Shown here: piece after piece, positions 24,871 through 36,212 of the stretch
Position numbering within the stretch: position 1 is the stretch's first letter
How the letters are laid out: the number at the start of each line of letters is the position of its first letter
Source: Lama guanicoe
Taxonomy: Eukaryota
NCBI GenBank assembly: GCA_013239625.1
Contig: MU053994.1
Location: 4,445,434 to 4,509,433, forward strand
DNA length: 64,000 nucleotides
Direction: 5' to 3'
Program-made: the position numbers and the translations under genes
Notes under the pieces: generated by a model
What the model saw: the letters and a program-made list of their open reading frames with translations, nothing else
The model's database searches: none
Told to the model about the DNA's origin: nothing

Positions 24871-25199
24871 AGTTAAATTAATTAAACAAGGAGGTCATCA
24901 TACTGATGTGGCTCTGATGCCACGGAGACGCCTACCTAAGCCTGAAAATGCCTTAAAGTTACAGAATTGAAATCGAGGGACAACCAACCACAAACAGCCA
25001 CCAAGGCGTTAAGCTGTAGCCAATCAATAATTTACTTAGTTTGCTTCTGCCTTTTTTTTTCTTTTTAATAAAAGTCTCTCCCCCAGCTTCTGTCAGTGGA
25101 GCGCTCCTATTTCTGGTTTGGCACTGCCTGATTGGAATAGATTTTCATTCAACTAAACTCTTAAAATTTGTATGTGCCTCAGTTTATCTTTTAAAACAA
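24871..25199 (+). mobile_element. ERV1 solo LTR (MER41/MER57-like ends)
   Basis: GTTAAATTAATTAAACAAGGAGG start, TAGCCAATCA CCAAT box, TATA-like TAATAAAAG, end GTTTATCTTTTAAAACA. Confidence 0.55.
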
Positions 25200-25331
25200 T
25201 ATTTAAAGGAAACTAGCCTGTGATTTTGTGAAACTGCTCAATCTGAGGTCTAGAAATGCAAATTATCTAGTAGATATGAGAGGAGTTTGAGAGGAAACTG
25301 GTCTTCCTCTTAGAAAGAAGTGCGTTGCTGC

Positions 25332-25832
25332 TATTGGGGAAGGAAATGATTTTTCCTCTTTTACCCTTTGGAGTTCTCCACTGGGACTCATGTAACAAAA
25401 GACAGATTAACAAGGGAAAAGCATACACATTTATTTAATGTAAGTTTTACATGACTCTGGAGGCTTCATAAGAAAATGAAGACGTGAAGAAATGCTTAAC
25501 CCTGAGTGTGTGTTTCTCTGCTGGGTTGGATGAAGAGCGGACAGTCATGGAAAGAGAGGACAGGACAAAGCATATGAGGCAAATATAGTGAACTGGGGGC
25601 AGTTAGCAAGGCCTGTTCTTTTGAATTCCTCTCTGGGCCCCTCCATCTTCAGAGATAAGGATGCTCCTTTCCTCCAGGTGAAGGAGGGCACCTTTCACAT
25701 GAGGGTTCTGTGACTTGCTTCAGGGGAAGGTCAAAGTCCTGACTTCACCTGCCATTTTGCAGATTCCTCCAACCTGAAATATTCAATATGCCCAGGTGAT
25801 GTATTTTGGGGTAGCATTCCTGAATCCTGTCA
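25332..25832 (-). mobile_element. MER39-like ERV1 solo LTR
   Basis: Minus strand starts TGACAGGATTCAGGAATGCTACCCCAAAATA; homologous to 21101-21604 (AAAGGAGCATCCTTATCT). Confidence 0.8.
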
Positions 25833-25931
25833 AACAAAAATACTAGGGGATATACAAAAATTGAGCAGGAAAATGCCATCTGTTATTTGTTTCTGTAGAT
25901 CATAGAGGGAGGGGTAGGGCCTAGCAAGGTT

Positions 25932-25936
<5 letters not shown>

Positions 25937-25968
<32 letters not shown>
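25937..25968. repeat. (CA)n microsatellite
   Basis: Perfect AC repeat seen directly. Confidence 0.95.
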
Positions 25969-25971
<3 letters not shown>

Positions 25972-26099
25972 AGGTAGTTCTTTGTGGAGCTGAGGCAGGG
26001 GAGAGGATAATCAGAATGCAGTGTTAGATAAAAGGAACAATAAAAAACAAAAATAGTAATAAATTAAAATAGTACATAATAAAACAACAGAACATAAAT

Positions 26100-26310
26100 G
26101 ATAATGTATTATAGCTTTACAGTGTGCTCAAATCTTCAGACATATCTCATTTAACCCTCACCTTCACTCAGAGAGGTAGGGATTTTTGTGATTCCCTACT
26201 TTCCAAATGAGGAAGTTGAGGCACTGAGCTATTAGTACCTCACCCTGGTCACACAGCTACCAAAAACCTCAAATGGGGGCCTGCCTAGGCTCAATGCTAC
26301 GCCTTTCAAA
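26100..26310 (-). mobile_element. MIR SINE
   Basis: ATCTCATTTAACCCTCAC..AAATGAGGAAGTTGAGGCAC..GGTCACACAGCT. Confidence 0.75.
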
Positions 26311-27179
26311 TATGAGGTCAGGTGTGCCCTGACTTTAGACATGAGATGTGAATAAAATTTTCAGAAACCGAGGCTCTTCCCACAGAAGTCAACAAGTTCA
26401 AATACGCAGCCGCATTGATGCATTTTAACCTCCGAAAGCATCAATCAGCAGAGGAACCACAGGGGCAGTCTGCACCTTGCATTTCAAGTACAGCTGGAAG
26501 GTGATTTCAGCCAGGGTTTTTTAATCTAAAGCAAGACAAGGAAGCGGGGATGAGCCGCAAAGTTTAATTTAGAAAGAGGGTCACAAAAGGAGACCTTTGC
26601 ATCCCTGTGGGGTTTCCTTGTCTGTGTCTGGAAATGGGGAGGAAAGAGACCCGGATGGGAGCTCTGTGTGTGACATAAAGGACCACAGCTCAGCGCTTCA
26701 GAAGAGACATCTTAAAGGGATACATTTCCTCCCGCAGGGCGAGAGGGGCTAAGAAGAATAGCAAACATTATCTGAGTGTTTACTGCACGCCAGGCACTGG
26801 CAGGGTCCTAAGTGCTTTACATACATTATCTGATTTGATCCTCACAACACCTCTGATGAGGCCCAAGCAGAAAAATTAACCCTGCTTTACAGAATCAATG
26901 GAGAAACACAATGCAACTTAAAGGGAAGTTAAAGGAGAGGATAACTGCTGTATTTATACAAAATAAAATTAGAAAAATAAAGATAAATCTCTGTTGCTTA
27001 TAGATTTCTATAATTGCAGGGGAAAGGAAATGAGAGGCAATTGTACCACAAAAAGAAAATCAAGAAGCAGCCAGAATAACAAACTATAACCTAAAAGACT
27101 ATCAGCCAAATGCAGTGTAATTTGAACCTAAACAGGGGTAGATGCCAAAATAGACCTAAAATTCTGCAGCTATTAGGAG

Positions 27180-27375
27180 GTAATTGATAATAATTATCAA
27201 GGATGTACCATATGCCCCCAAATGTTCTAAGTATTAACTAATTTAATCCTAAACAACCCTGTGAGGAAGGTACTATTATTATCCTCATTTAGAGGCAATG
27301 AAACAGAGTCACAGAGAACATAAGTAGCTTGCCCAAGATCACACAACTACTAATTATTGGAACTAGAGTTTGAAC
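27180..27375 (-). mobile_element. MIR SINE
   Basis: TTTAATCCT..AACAACCCTGTGAGG..AAGTAGCTTGCCCAAGATCACACAACT. Confidence 0.75.
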
Positions 27376-28389
27376 AGAGCACAAAGCTCTCCAAAAATAA
27401 GTGGCACAAGAATCCCTTGCTTAAAAGAGCAAGTTCTAGTGCAGGGCTGGGCTGGGCTGGGCTGGGGAGCCTCTTTAAAGCTACTGTCTGGCACAGAGTG
27501 GCAGGGGAGATAGTCCTATGCAAAACATCCTCCAGAAAGAAACAGATGGTGAGTCTGGCAGCAAGGGGCGAGAGGAGAGGCAACCGACTTGTAGCTGTCA
27601 GTCTTTAGAGAGGAGCAAATGCCAAGTCATCGCTCAGGAAGCCTGTGGCACAGGGGTTTTACCGCAAGACTCCCAGGCTGATCTTGTCAGCCTGAGCTGC
27701 ACAATCCATGTAAACCCATTCTAAGAGTCTGCATTTCAATCCAAGCAGGCTGAAGCCTCGTGTGCCCTTCTCACACAATTCTTCAGCCAACAAACGGTCT
27801 ATAACACAGGTAGCTTGTTTTAAATATAGTTTTTATATTGTTCAACCCAAAATAGACTGTTCACAGAACAGGGTGGAAAATAAGGTGGGGAGGTGGGCAG
27901 TGCAGGGCACTCTCCTTCATGCCTTTAGTCAAAGACATGTAATGTTTAAATATAACAAAATGAAACTTTTAAAACCTGAGAAAAAGCTGTGAGAAATTTT
28001 AAACAATCAACTTAGGGTGGTTGATCAAAGTCTGGAGACCAGTACTAGGTCAGTTAAAAAAAAAAAAGACCGTATAATCCTGGCTAGTATATCTGTATTT
28101 AATATATATATAAGATGGATTTTATGCTTACAATTGTTGATAGTGGTTTACCATACCATAACCTTATGTATTTCTCTATACAACTATATATAGACATAAA
28201 CCTAATCTTCACAGCTCCATGAGACACATATTCAGAAACCAGCCCTATCTTTAGAGTCAATGTGTAATAATAATAATATTAATGGTAAACTATAAATAGT
28301 TCATTTCATTCTGTATAATATATGTAACCTGCTATATATATACATGTGTATATATATATATATGACATATATGACATATATATATGACA

Positions 28390-28566
28390 CAGTCATCCCT
28401 TGGTATCTTTGGGGATTGGATTCAGGACGTCCATAGATACCAAAATCCACAGATGCTCAAGTTCCTTATAGTCGGTCCTCAGTATCTGTGAGTTCCTCAT
28501 CTTTGGATTCAAGCAACCACGGATCAAATAGTGATTTCCATCTGCAATTGGTTGAATTCAAGGATA
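28390..28566. mobile_element. MER2-like Tigger MITE fragment next to (TA)n
   Basis: CAGTCATCCCTTGGTATC..GGGGATTGG..GATACCAAAATCCACAGATGCTCAAG. Confidence 0.75.
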
Positions 28567-28739
28567 CAGTGGACACCATGCAGTGGACACCACTGATGCT
28601 GGACGCTGTTGCTGACACAGCCTCAGTGACTGGGAGGATGCCCTAACATACCCTGTGTCAGAGTCACAGAATTACTCTCCAGTCTGAAATTCCTGGAGGT
28701 GGGTGCACAACTCCATGGTGGAGTCTGGGTTATGGTCAT

Positions 28740-29296
28740 TGTAGGGAAGCAAAATTTGTCACTGCAAAACGTGTCTCTTTAGCATGTGGATTATTTTGAG
28801 CTGAAAATAATCAAGCCTCAAAGGGTTCAGGAAGAAGCTTTGACCTTCCCCTTAACTGCTTAAAAGAATGTAGATAGAGGACCTGATGCAGAAAGGGAAC
28901 TGTCACCATAGATAAGTATAGTATGAGCTAGGTGAGTAGACAGGGGGGAACCTAGCTAAGTCTGTTTATTAAAATTCCTCTTTGTGTCCCACTGTCCCTG
29001 CATGGCCCAGCAAACATTTACTTAACAAACTTTTGCTTTTCCATCTCTGTATGAACTGCCTTCTTCCCGTGTGAAGTCCCAAACCACTACCTCCAACACC
29101 CTCTTGTCCTTGGCTGAAGGTGGCATTTAAGGTGAGGGTCTCAGCCATTTGGGAGACTTATTCATTTTTCCTGGGCCTCTCCCATGTATACACGTTATTA
29201 AACTTCTGTTTGATTTTCTCCTTTTTATCTGTCTCATGTCAACTTAATTCTTAGACTAGCCAGAAGAACTAGAGGAAAATTTCTTCCTCTCTAACA
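28740..29296 (+). mobile_element. MER34-group ERV1 solo LTR
   Basis: TGTAGGGAAGCAAAATTTG..GGATTATTTTGAGCTGAA..CTCTAACA; no clean TSD. Confidence 0.8.
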
Positions 29297-29389
29297 CCTG
29301 GCTACCCTGGGGCAGAGAGAGAGAGAGAGAGAACAATTTCAACTTCCCTAATGTGAGGCAGGGCTCTGCATGAAATGGAGGATTCCCAC

Positions 29390-29928
29390 TGAAGGAGAGC
29401 AGATTTTGCCAGCCCCAAATAGGCCTATTTGGTACAAGGATTATCTTGAATTGGTTATTTTTAAGAAACAGCAGACACAGGAGAAGCTCTGAAAACTGAG
29501 TAGAAGTTCCCCTTTTGTAAGAGACATTTACATTTATAAGGGAACTCGCCTTTGTGATCATGTCTTCCTCTCTGTACCAGGAAGAGGAGGATGACTAAAT
29601 CTCTAGACAGCAACGGAAAAGGCAACAATTTAAATCTGCATAATAACCATACCCTTATTTACTGCGCTTTTCCTGATCATCCACCATAACTGCCCGCCCC
29701 CAACATCTTCTTTTGTCTTTAGCTAAAGAAGGTATTTAAGGTGGTATCTTGGGGCTACTTCAGGGAATTATTCAGTTTTTTCTGGGTATTTTCCACGTAG
29801 ACAGGAGGTACACACATTATTACACTTCTGTTTGTTTTTCTCCTGTTAATCTGTCTGTTATTATGAGGGTGGAGAGCTCAGCCAAGAACCTAGAAGGGTA
29901 GAGAGAAAATTATTTTTCCTCCCTTACA
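29390..29928 (+). mobile_element. MER34-like ERV1 solo LTR
   Basis: Collinear with 20383-20924 (GAAACAGCAGACACAG..AAGCTCTGAAAAC..TTTTGTAAGAGACATTTACATT); flanks CCAC/CCAA. Confidence 0.85.
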
Positions 29929-30519
29929 CCAACAACAGGAAGAGGCTGAATGGACAGCAGCAATAATGAAAACTGTCCATTACAGCATGTCCTAGCATAG
30001 GGGCTGACAGCATAGCCACTAGAGTCAACAGACTAAAATCAAATCCTGTCCAGTACTTGCCAGCCCTGTGACTTGACTTCTCTTCTTAATGGAGGTTCCA
30101 CCCGAGAACTAAGCTCTAAAGCAGTTAGTGGATGCAATGCACTAATTTCTCCCCTTTGCACCTAGAATGGTGCTAGGTGTGTGCCCTCCTTGGAAGAACT
30201 GAGAAACTAGTCACTCAAATCTTTTTTTCTAGGGCTGAATTCTCTTACTAAATCCCTCATGAGGGTGGCTACAGGTGAGATAAATCATTTACCGTTTCTA
30301 TGCCTGTCTTTCCATTCTAACTTCTAATGTGTGGGTAAAAATTTTACCTTGGTCATATTTTTTTAGAGGGGATTTAATGAGCTAAGACATGGAAAGCACT
30401 TAGCACAGGGGACAATAAGAAATGTCACTGTTATCAATAGCACATTCACATTTGTAATTTCCACTTCTTTCTACAATAAATAGTAAATAGTTGGGGGATG
30501 AACAGATGTATGGCTGCTG

Positions 30520-30832
30520 AAAGATGGTCAGTAGTGGTGTGCAAAATAAATTACAACAGACAGGAGGCAGAAAGAGTGTTTGGAACCTGCTGGAGGAACA
30601 ACAGAAAAAGATTAAGAGGTTTTGAGATAGGGACAGTAGTGAAAATGGAAAGGAAGTGGGTTTCTGAAATGTCGCTCAGATGGTTCCACAGGACTTGGAA
30701 TCTGACGGGGCATGGGGAGTGGTGATAACTCAGAGCTGTGGACTTGGAAGACTGAATGAATGCATGGTGGTGCCATTCATAGAAAGGGAAAAAAAAATTC
30801 CAGGGAGAGCTAATGAGCTGAGTTTGGGACAC
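30520..30832 (-). mobile_element. L2 fragment
   Basis: GAATGCATGGTGGTGCCATTCA..TGAGTTTGGGACA L2 motifs. Confidence 0.55.
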
Positions 30833-31249
30833 TTGGGTAATTAATTGTAAAAGAAATGGGAAAGACTGGATATTGAATCAAAAAGATCTCTCATTAAACC
30901 CAAAGAATCGTCCAATCACGATTAAATCCAAAGCATTTCAAGAAGAGTGCCACATCTGGTGGCTTGGTTGTATGGTTGCAAGTCACAGAAACAATTGTAG
31001 GTACCTCAGGGAGAAGAAGCAGGAGGGTACAGACATTTATTTTTGTAATATAGGAAAATACTGTGGAATTAATAGGGAAGAGTATAGCAGAGCCTCAGAA
31101 AGAGATTAGAGTTGCCAAGGAAAGCCATCGAGTGGGCAGGAAGATGTTTCCTGGTCTTTTTCTTGGGTTGCCTTCCTTACTCTTTCCTTGAAGTTCAGCC
31201 TTTTTGGCTACCAAGGGCACATGCTGGGAGGTGGCCCTGCCACCTGCAG

Positions 31250-31704
31250 CAGATGTCAGTCCAGCCTTCCTTGACCCCTTTTTGTCCTTTGTGTGGATCC
31301 CTTAGCTTTGGTATACTTTCCCTGCCAACAGTTAGCACCTGTGACTCTGTTTACAGGCTTGCCCAGGGAACTTGCACATCCTGTTTACTGGATGTAGCAG
31401 AAATGGAAGTGCCCAAGAATTTACATTCCCCCACTCCTAGCCATTAGCTAATGATAATGGCTGAAGGCATTTGAAGTCCGGGCTTCCTTGCCTCTAATCA
31501 TGAAGACTCTAAGGCATAACATATTCTAGGATTCTGCTGCAGGATTAGATTGAGTTTCCCTACCCTTTGTGGGACTATTGTTTCCTTCTTTTTCCTACCC
31601 AGTTTCCATCAGTCCCTTACTGATACTTCCTGTGAGTACTTACTTCATGATTTATTTGCAGATGTATCCTCATTTCAGGGTCTGCTTCAGAGGAACCCAA
31701 CTAT
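31250..31704 (+). mobile_element. LTR16-family LTR fragment
   Basis: End CAGGGTCTGCTTCAGAGGAACCCAAC. Confidence 0.5.
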
Positions 31705-32084
31705 TGCAGTTTTGATTATGTCTCCCCAAAAATATATGTGGAAATAAGGTCACTGCAGATATAATTAGTTAAGATGAGGTCATTATGGTGGATCCTAATC
31801 CAATAGGAAGGGTATCCTTCAAAAAAGAGGAAAGTTAGACATAAACAGACATACACAGAGGGAAGACACAGAGGGAGTGGACAGCTATGTGACTGAAGTG
31901 ATGTGTCTACAAGCCAACAAAGGCCAACGATTTCTGGCAAACACTAGAAGCTAGAAGAGGCAGGGAAGGATTCTCCCCTAGAGCCATCGAAGAGAGCATG
32001 GCCTTGATTTCAGACTTCTGGTATCCAGGATGTAAGAGAACAGAGTTTGGTACTTTGTTATGGCAGCCGTAGGAAACTAACACA
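31705..32084 (+). mobile_element. MLT1B/C MaLR solo LTR
   Basis: GGAAATAAGGTC..GCAGATATAATTAGTTAAGATGAGGTCAT..AGAAGCTAGAAGAGGCAG..TTTGTTATGGCAGCC..GGAAACTAACACA. Confidence 0.85.
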
Positions 32085-33214
32085 CTAATCAGCAACAACT
32101 TGCTCCCAAGTTTTTACATCTCTTCTCTTTAAGAGATCAGCATAGACTGACAATAGATTCTCTCAGCTCCTATTCCAAGTTCCCAGGGTATAGATTCTGA
32201 ATGAATCACCCCATCCTTCAACTGTACCTAGGGGATGGGGTAACATTGCACAAACAGCAATGCTGAGATTTAGAGGAAACAGTTTCCATACAAAAGGGGA
32301 GCACTGCTTGTTCCATGGAATGGAGAGACATCCCCAAAGGTGCCACTACAAAGACATTTCTCAGAATGGAATTTTCCAGTCCTTCATACAGTCCTAATGA
32401 CAAACTGGCATGTATCCAACAAGAACTGCTGAAGGAGTTTCGTAATTTTTTCAAATTCAGAAGATGTTCCAAATTTACAGGGTTTCTGAAACATGAGATT
32501 TGAAAAAGCCTCAAAGTTGATTAGTGTTGCCATTTTGATTTCCTAATTGGGCTTCTCAGTGGCAACAATGCATGCCACAGAATAACATTAATTCTGAATG
32601 AACAACAAATCCTGCTGTGCACTGAAACATGAAGTCAATTTATGTCAAATGTTGTTTCACAGAGTTTGAAACATAATAAACAGAAATCTTACCACTATAT
32701 CTATGACCTAACTTAGCAGAATAGTGTTTTATCTTTAAAACCAACTCTAAAAGAGAGAAGAAAAGAAATGGAGTTAGGGGAAGTTTGTTTTTTCCTTCCT
32801 GTGACTCAAACTGGGAGCAGAATAGCCTGCACACTGGCTCAGAGGGTGAATTTCATTTCCACTATCTCAGTAGCAGCCAATTTGAACCTGATTCAAAGTT
32901 GATTGTTTTCAAGCAGTTACTAGTATACATGTATTCATTAATGGACAGACACTGAGCCTCATTTTTCTTCTACTTCTCTGCTAATCTAGTTATGAAATGT
33001 GATTTTCAGCAATCTGAACATGTGTGCAATGAGATGAAATGCAATTTGCTTATTTCAATATCCATCCAACTTTTCTTTTTAAATAACATTTATTTTCTCT
33101 TTTAGGGCAGAGGAATTTCAAAGAAGGGAAGCTGGCCACTTGAAGTTTCTTCCTGAGCACAGATAGATGGCTTTCTAACAAACTGGCTAAACTCTTGACT
33201 GGTTAACATTGCAG

Positions 33215-33960
33215 TGTTACTCAGGAGCAGACCCTACGATGAAAATTTCTTTGCAGTTCCTGTATGAAGGATGAGTTCCTAGGGGAGCCTGGCAAGAGGA
33301 GGAAACAGAGCAGTGAGAGAAAGAAAGCAAGCAAGGGTGTGACTTTAGGCCAAGTCCTGCCCTTAGCCTGATCCTGAGTGAGTTACACCTCAGAGTTTGT
33401 GCTGTTTCCAGGCCAATAACTGGGTTGTCTTACTCCTGCACCAGTGAGTCACTGGATAAGGGTTACCAAGTGCTCTGATGTGACTGTGTCTCCCCAAAAT
33501 TCGTATGTTGAAAACCTAATCTCCAAGGTGATGGTATTAGGAGGTGGAGTCTTTGGGAGGTGGTTAGGTCATGAGAGTGACGCCCTCCTGAAGGGGATTA
33601 GTGCCCTTATAAAAGAGACCCTATAGAGCTCCCATGCCTTCCACCATGTGAAGATACAAGAGGCCTACAACCCAGAAAGGGGCCCTCACCTGATCATGCT
33701 GGGACCCTGATCTCAGACTTCCAGCTTCCAGAACTGCAAGAAATAAATTTCTGTTGTTTCTAAGCTACCCAGTCTGTGGTCTTTGGGTATGTTGTTATAG
33801 CAGCTGGAACAGACTAAGATGAGGGTGGGAAGGGCATGTGAACTCCCAGGAACTTCCAGCTTTCTTGTATTAACAGCAGACCCAGTAACCTGAGGGTAGG
33901 CCTCAAAAGACAGTTCCAGGTGTGTGCTGTTAGAAGCAAAACACGCAGAAACTATTAGAA
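33215..33960 (-). mobile_element. LTR16-family LTR interrupted by MLT1A
   Basis: GGAGCAGACCCT..GATG start on the + strand; resumes after 33822. Confidence 0.45.
33470..33822 (+). mobile_element. MLT1A-type MaLR solo LTR, complete
   Basis: CCCCAAAATTCGTATGTTGAAA..GGATTAGTGCCCTTATAAAAGAG (TATA 33608-33614)..CCAGAACTGCAAGAAATAAATTTCTG..ACAGACTAAGA. Confidence 0.9.
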
Positions 33961-33989
33961 TCGTGCTTATAAATGGTAAAAGGAAAAAA

Positions 33990-34150
33990 AAAAGAACATA
34001 GAGTAATTTGAGGGGGCAATGGATATGTTTAGAACCTTGATGGTGGTGATGGTATCATGGATATATGCATATGTCCAAATTCATCAAAATGTACACATTA
34101 AATATGTGCACTTTTGTATATTAACTGTATCTCAATAAAGCTAAAAAAAT
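33990..34150 (+). mobile_element. Old L1 3' end fragment
   Basis: CTTGATGGTGGTGATGGT..TGTACACATTAAATATGTGCA..CTCAATAAAGC + A-tail. Confidence 0.75.
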
Positions 34151-34244
34151 AATAAGAAGTGGTAAAAAGGGGGGATCCAACAGTATCCTTGATGACTTCT
34201 TAATGCCAGGTGGCTTTTAGTTGATCTCATCAGGGCAGAAAGTA

Positions 34245-34456
34245 CAGTTGACCCTTGAACAACACAGATTTGAACTGTGTGGATCCACCTATACATAGAT
34301 TTTTTTCAATAGTAAATGCTACAGTACTACATGACCTGCAGTTGGTTGAATCTGTAATTTATACATGAATCAATCTTCCTTCCTTCCTTCCTTCCTTCCT
34401 TCTTTCCTTCCTTCCTTCCTTCCTTCCTTCCTTCTTTCCTTCCTTCCTTCCTCTCT

Positions 34457-34511
<55 letters not shown>

Positions 34512-34720
34512 CTTTCAACTTTTTTTTATTGATTTATAATCATTTTACAATGTTGTGTCAAATTCCAGTGTAGAGCACAATTTTTCAGTTATATGTGAAC
34601 ATGTATATATTCATTGTCACATTTTTTTCTCTGTGAGCTACCATAAGATCTTATACATGAATTTTCAACTGTGCAGAGGGTTAGCGCTCTGAGCCTCCGA
34701 CATTGTTCAGGGGTCAACTG
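34245..34720. mobile_element. Tigger2/MER8-like MITE with both TIRs, interrupted by an L1 3' end
   Basis: TA-CAGTTGACCCTTGAACAA ... TTGTTCAGGGGTCAACTG-TA. Confidence 0.9.
34371..34650 (-). mobile_element. Young L1 3' terminus whose tail is a (CCTT)n(CTTT)n microsatellite
   Basis: 12-bp TSD TTATACATGAAT at 34359-34370 and 34651-34662; body matches 52962-53095. Confidence 0.85.
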
Positions 34721-36095
34721 TACAGCTTTTTAGTTCAGCTTCTCCCCAGGCTTAGGTGGCCCATTTTAGCCTTCTGCACGACAGCCCCCATGCCTAACCC
34801 AGACTCCTGGGTCACCACATGTCAGCCTGGACTTCGGTGTCCTCCATCTTCACTAATATGACAGGGTGGATCCAACATAGACTCATTCTTTTCCCTTTTT
34901 TAATCCAAAATTTGATTGGTTTGTGGCATAGACTTAAATGAAGGCAAAACCATATCTTCTACAAGACTGCAAACTTAAAGTTGCTGAAATCATTATTTGA
35001 GACAATATATAATGTTTTAAACATCAGGGAAAATTTTAAAGTCTATTAAGCATATTTATTAGTGAATATGTATTCAGAAATTCCAATTAATAATAGCATA
35101 GGTATATATGTCTCTTGTCATGGGCATCATATATTGACTCATGCATGATGAAATCTGAAGAGGAAATATAGGATTATTTTTCCATAGCAAACTTCCCATG
35201 GGCTGCTACAATGCAATCAGGGAGAATAATCCAGAAGGCCTACAAATACCATCACAGTGTCCATGTAGAATTGCTATAACTTGGCAAGAGAAGCCCAAGC
35301 TTTATCCTCAGCTTTTCCTTTCCTTGCAGGATTTATACCTGCCTGGGCCTGTCTGGAATCCCAAGAAAGCAGTTAGAGAAGTCTACTTCTGTGAGAGGTT
35401 GATTTGCCTCTTGGGAAAGACTTTCCATGAAGGAGAAGAATCATATGGGCAGAGCTCGGTTAAGGGCAGTGAACAGAATCTGAGGGAAAAGGAAAATTCT
35501 GAAAAAGCAGTCAGTTACTCCAGTCCTGCCTCACTCCTCCACTCCAGGTCTAAGGAACTCATGCCTAAGCCCCAGTGTCAGGAGGCTCTAATAAAAGAAT
35601 GAATGAAGAGGTAACACCTAAAGACATCGACATGGTAAGACATCAGCCATGTTAGTTCCAACACCTTTGCTGGGGATGACAAATGGCATAGCATTGTTGG
35701 CTCATTCCTTCCACGCAGCCTAGGGGCTCTTTCTGTCACAATTTATAATCCGATGATCTAAAGCTATCCCTTTCAACCTAGGAGATAAAATATGTTGTGT
35801 TTAGAAAATACCCTCCAAATGACAATCCATGACCAATGGCCCTGAGCAGTGTGACCTCAGAGGGACACCATTAGAGCAGGGCTCAGTTATATTGGAAATG
35901 AACACCTCTGTGCAGACTCTGTGAGACACACCAGTGGCTGCAGGAGTAGCAGGCCTGTGGGTGGGTGGGCACACACTGCTATTTATCATCAAGGGAATGT
36001 GCAGTGAAGGAAGAAATCATTTCCTAATTTAACTGTTTGAAGGAAAAATGAGGAGTGATAGAATTAAGGGTATACAAAAGACATTCACAGAGTTT

Positions 36096-36212
36096 TGCCT
36101 TCTACCATGTGAGGATGCAACATAAAAACAGCCATCTGTGAGCCAGGAAGAAGACTCACCAGACGCTGAACCTGCCAGTGCCCTGATCTTGGATCTTCCG
36201 GCCTCCAGAACT
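36096..36212 (+). mobile_element. MLT1A-type LTR segment forming the 5' end of the IQCG retrocopy
   Basis: TGCCTTCTACCATGTGAGG..CTCACCAGAC..CCCTGATCTTGGA..GCCTCCAGAACT; aligns to 33635-33735 of the in-window MLT1A. Confidence 0.85.

Larger units (their letters stand above)
28575..29984 (-). mobile_element. LTR33-like ERVL LTR split by two MER34-like LTRs
   Basis: Minus-strand start TGTAATGGACAG at ~29984; short remnants flank and separate the two nested LTRs. Confidence 0.35.

Noticed and set aside
27443..27467. (GGGCT)4 as a G-quadruplex or switch-like repeat
   Set aside because: Only four units and isolated; common by chance and with no supporting context.
20383..29928. Similar LTRs at 20383 and 29390 (or 21101 and 42050) as the two ends of one provirus
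   Set aside because: Each has its own flanking TSD, they are clearly diverged, and the intervening DNA is old MIR/L2-containing sequence.
34327..34518. Lys/Glu/Arg-rich ORF
   Set aside because: It is the translation of the (GAAA)n(GGAA)n microsatellite.
35198..35602. 134-aa ORF containing a strong acceptor-like site (CTTTTCCTTTCCTTGCAG, ~35329)
   Set aside because: No recognisable protein similarity and no clear paired donor; cannot be supported without transcript data.
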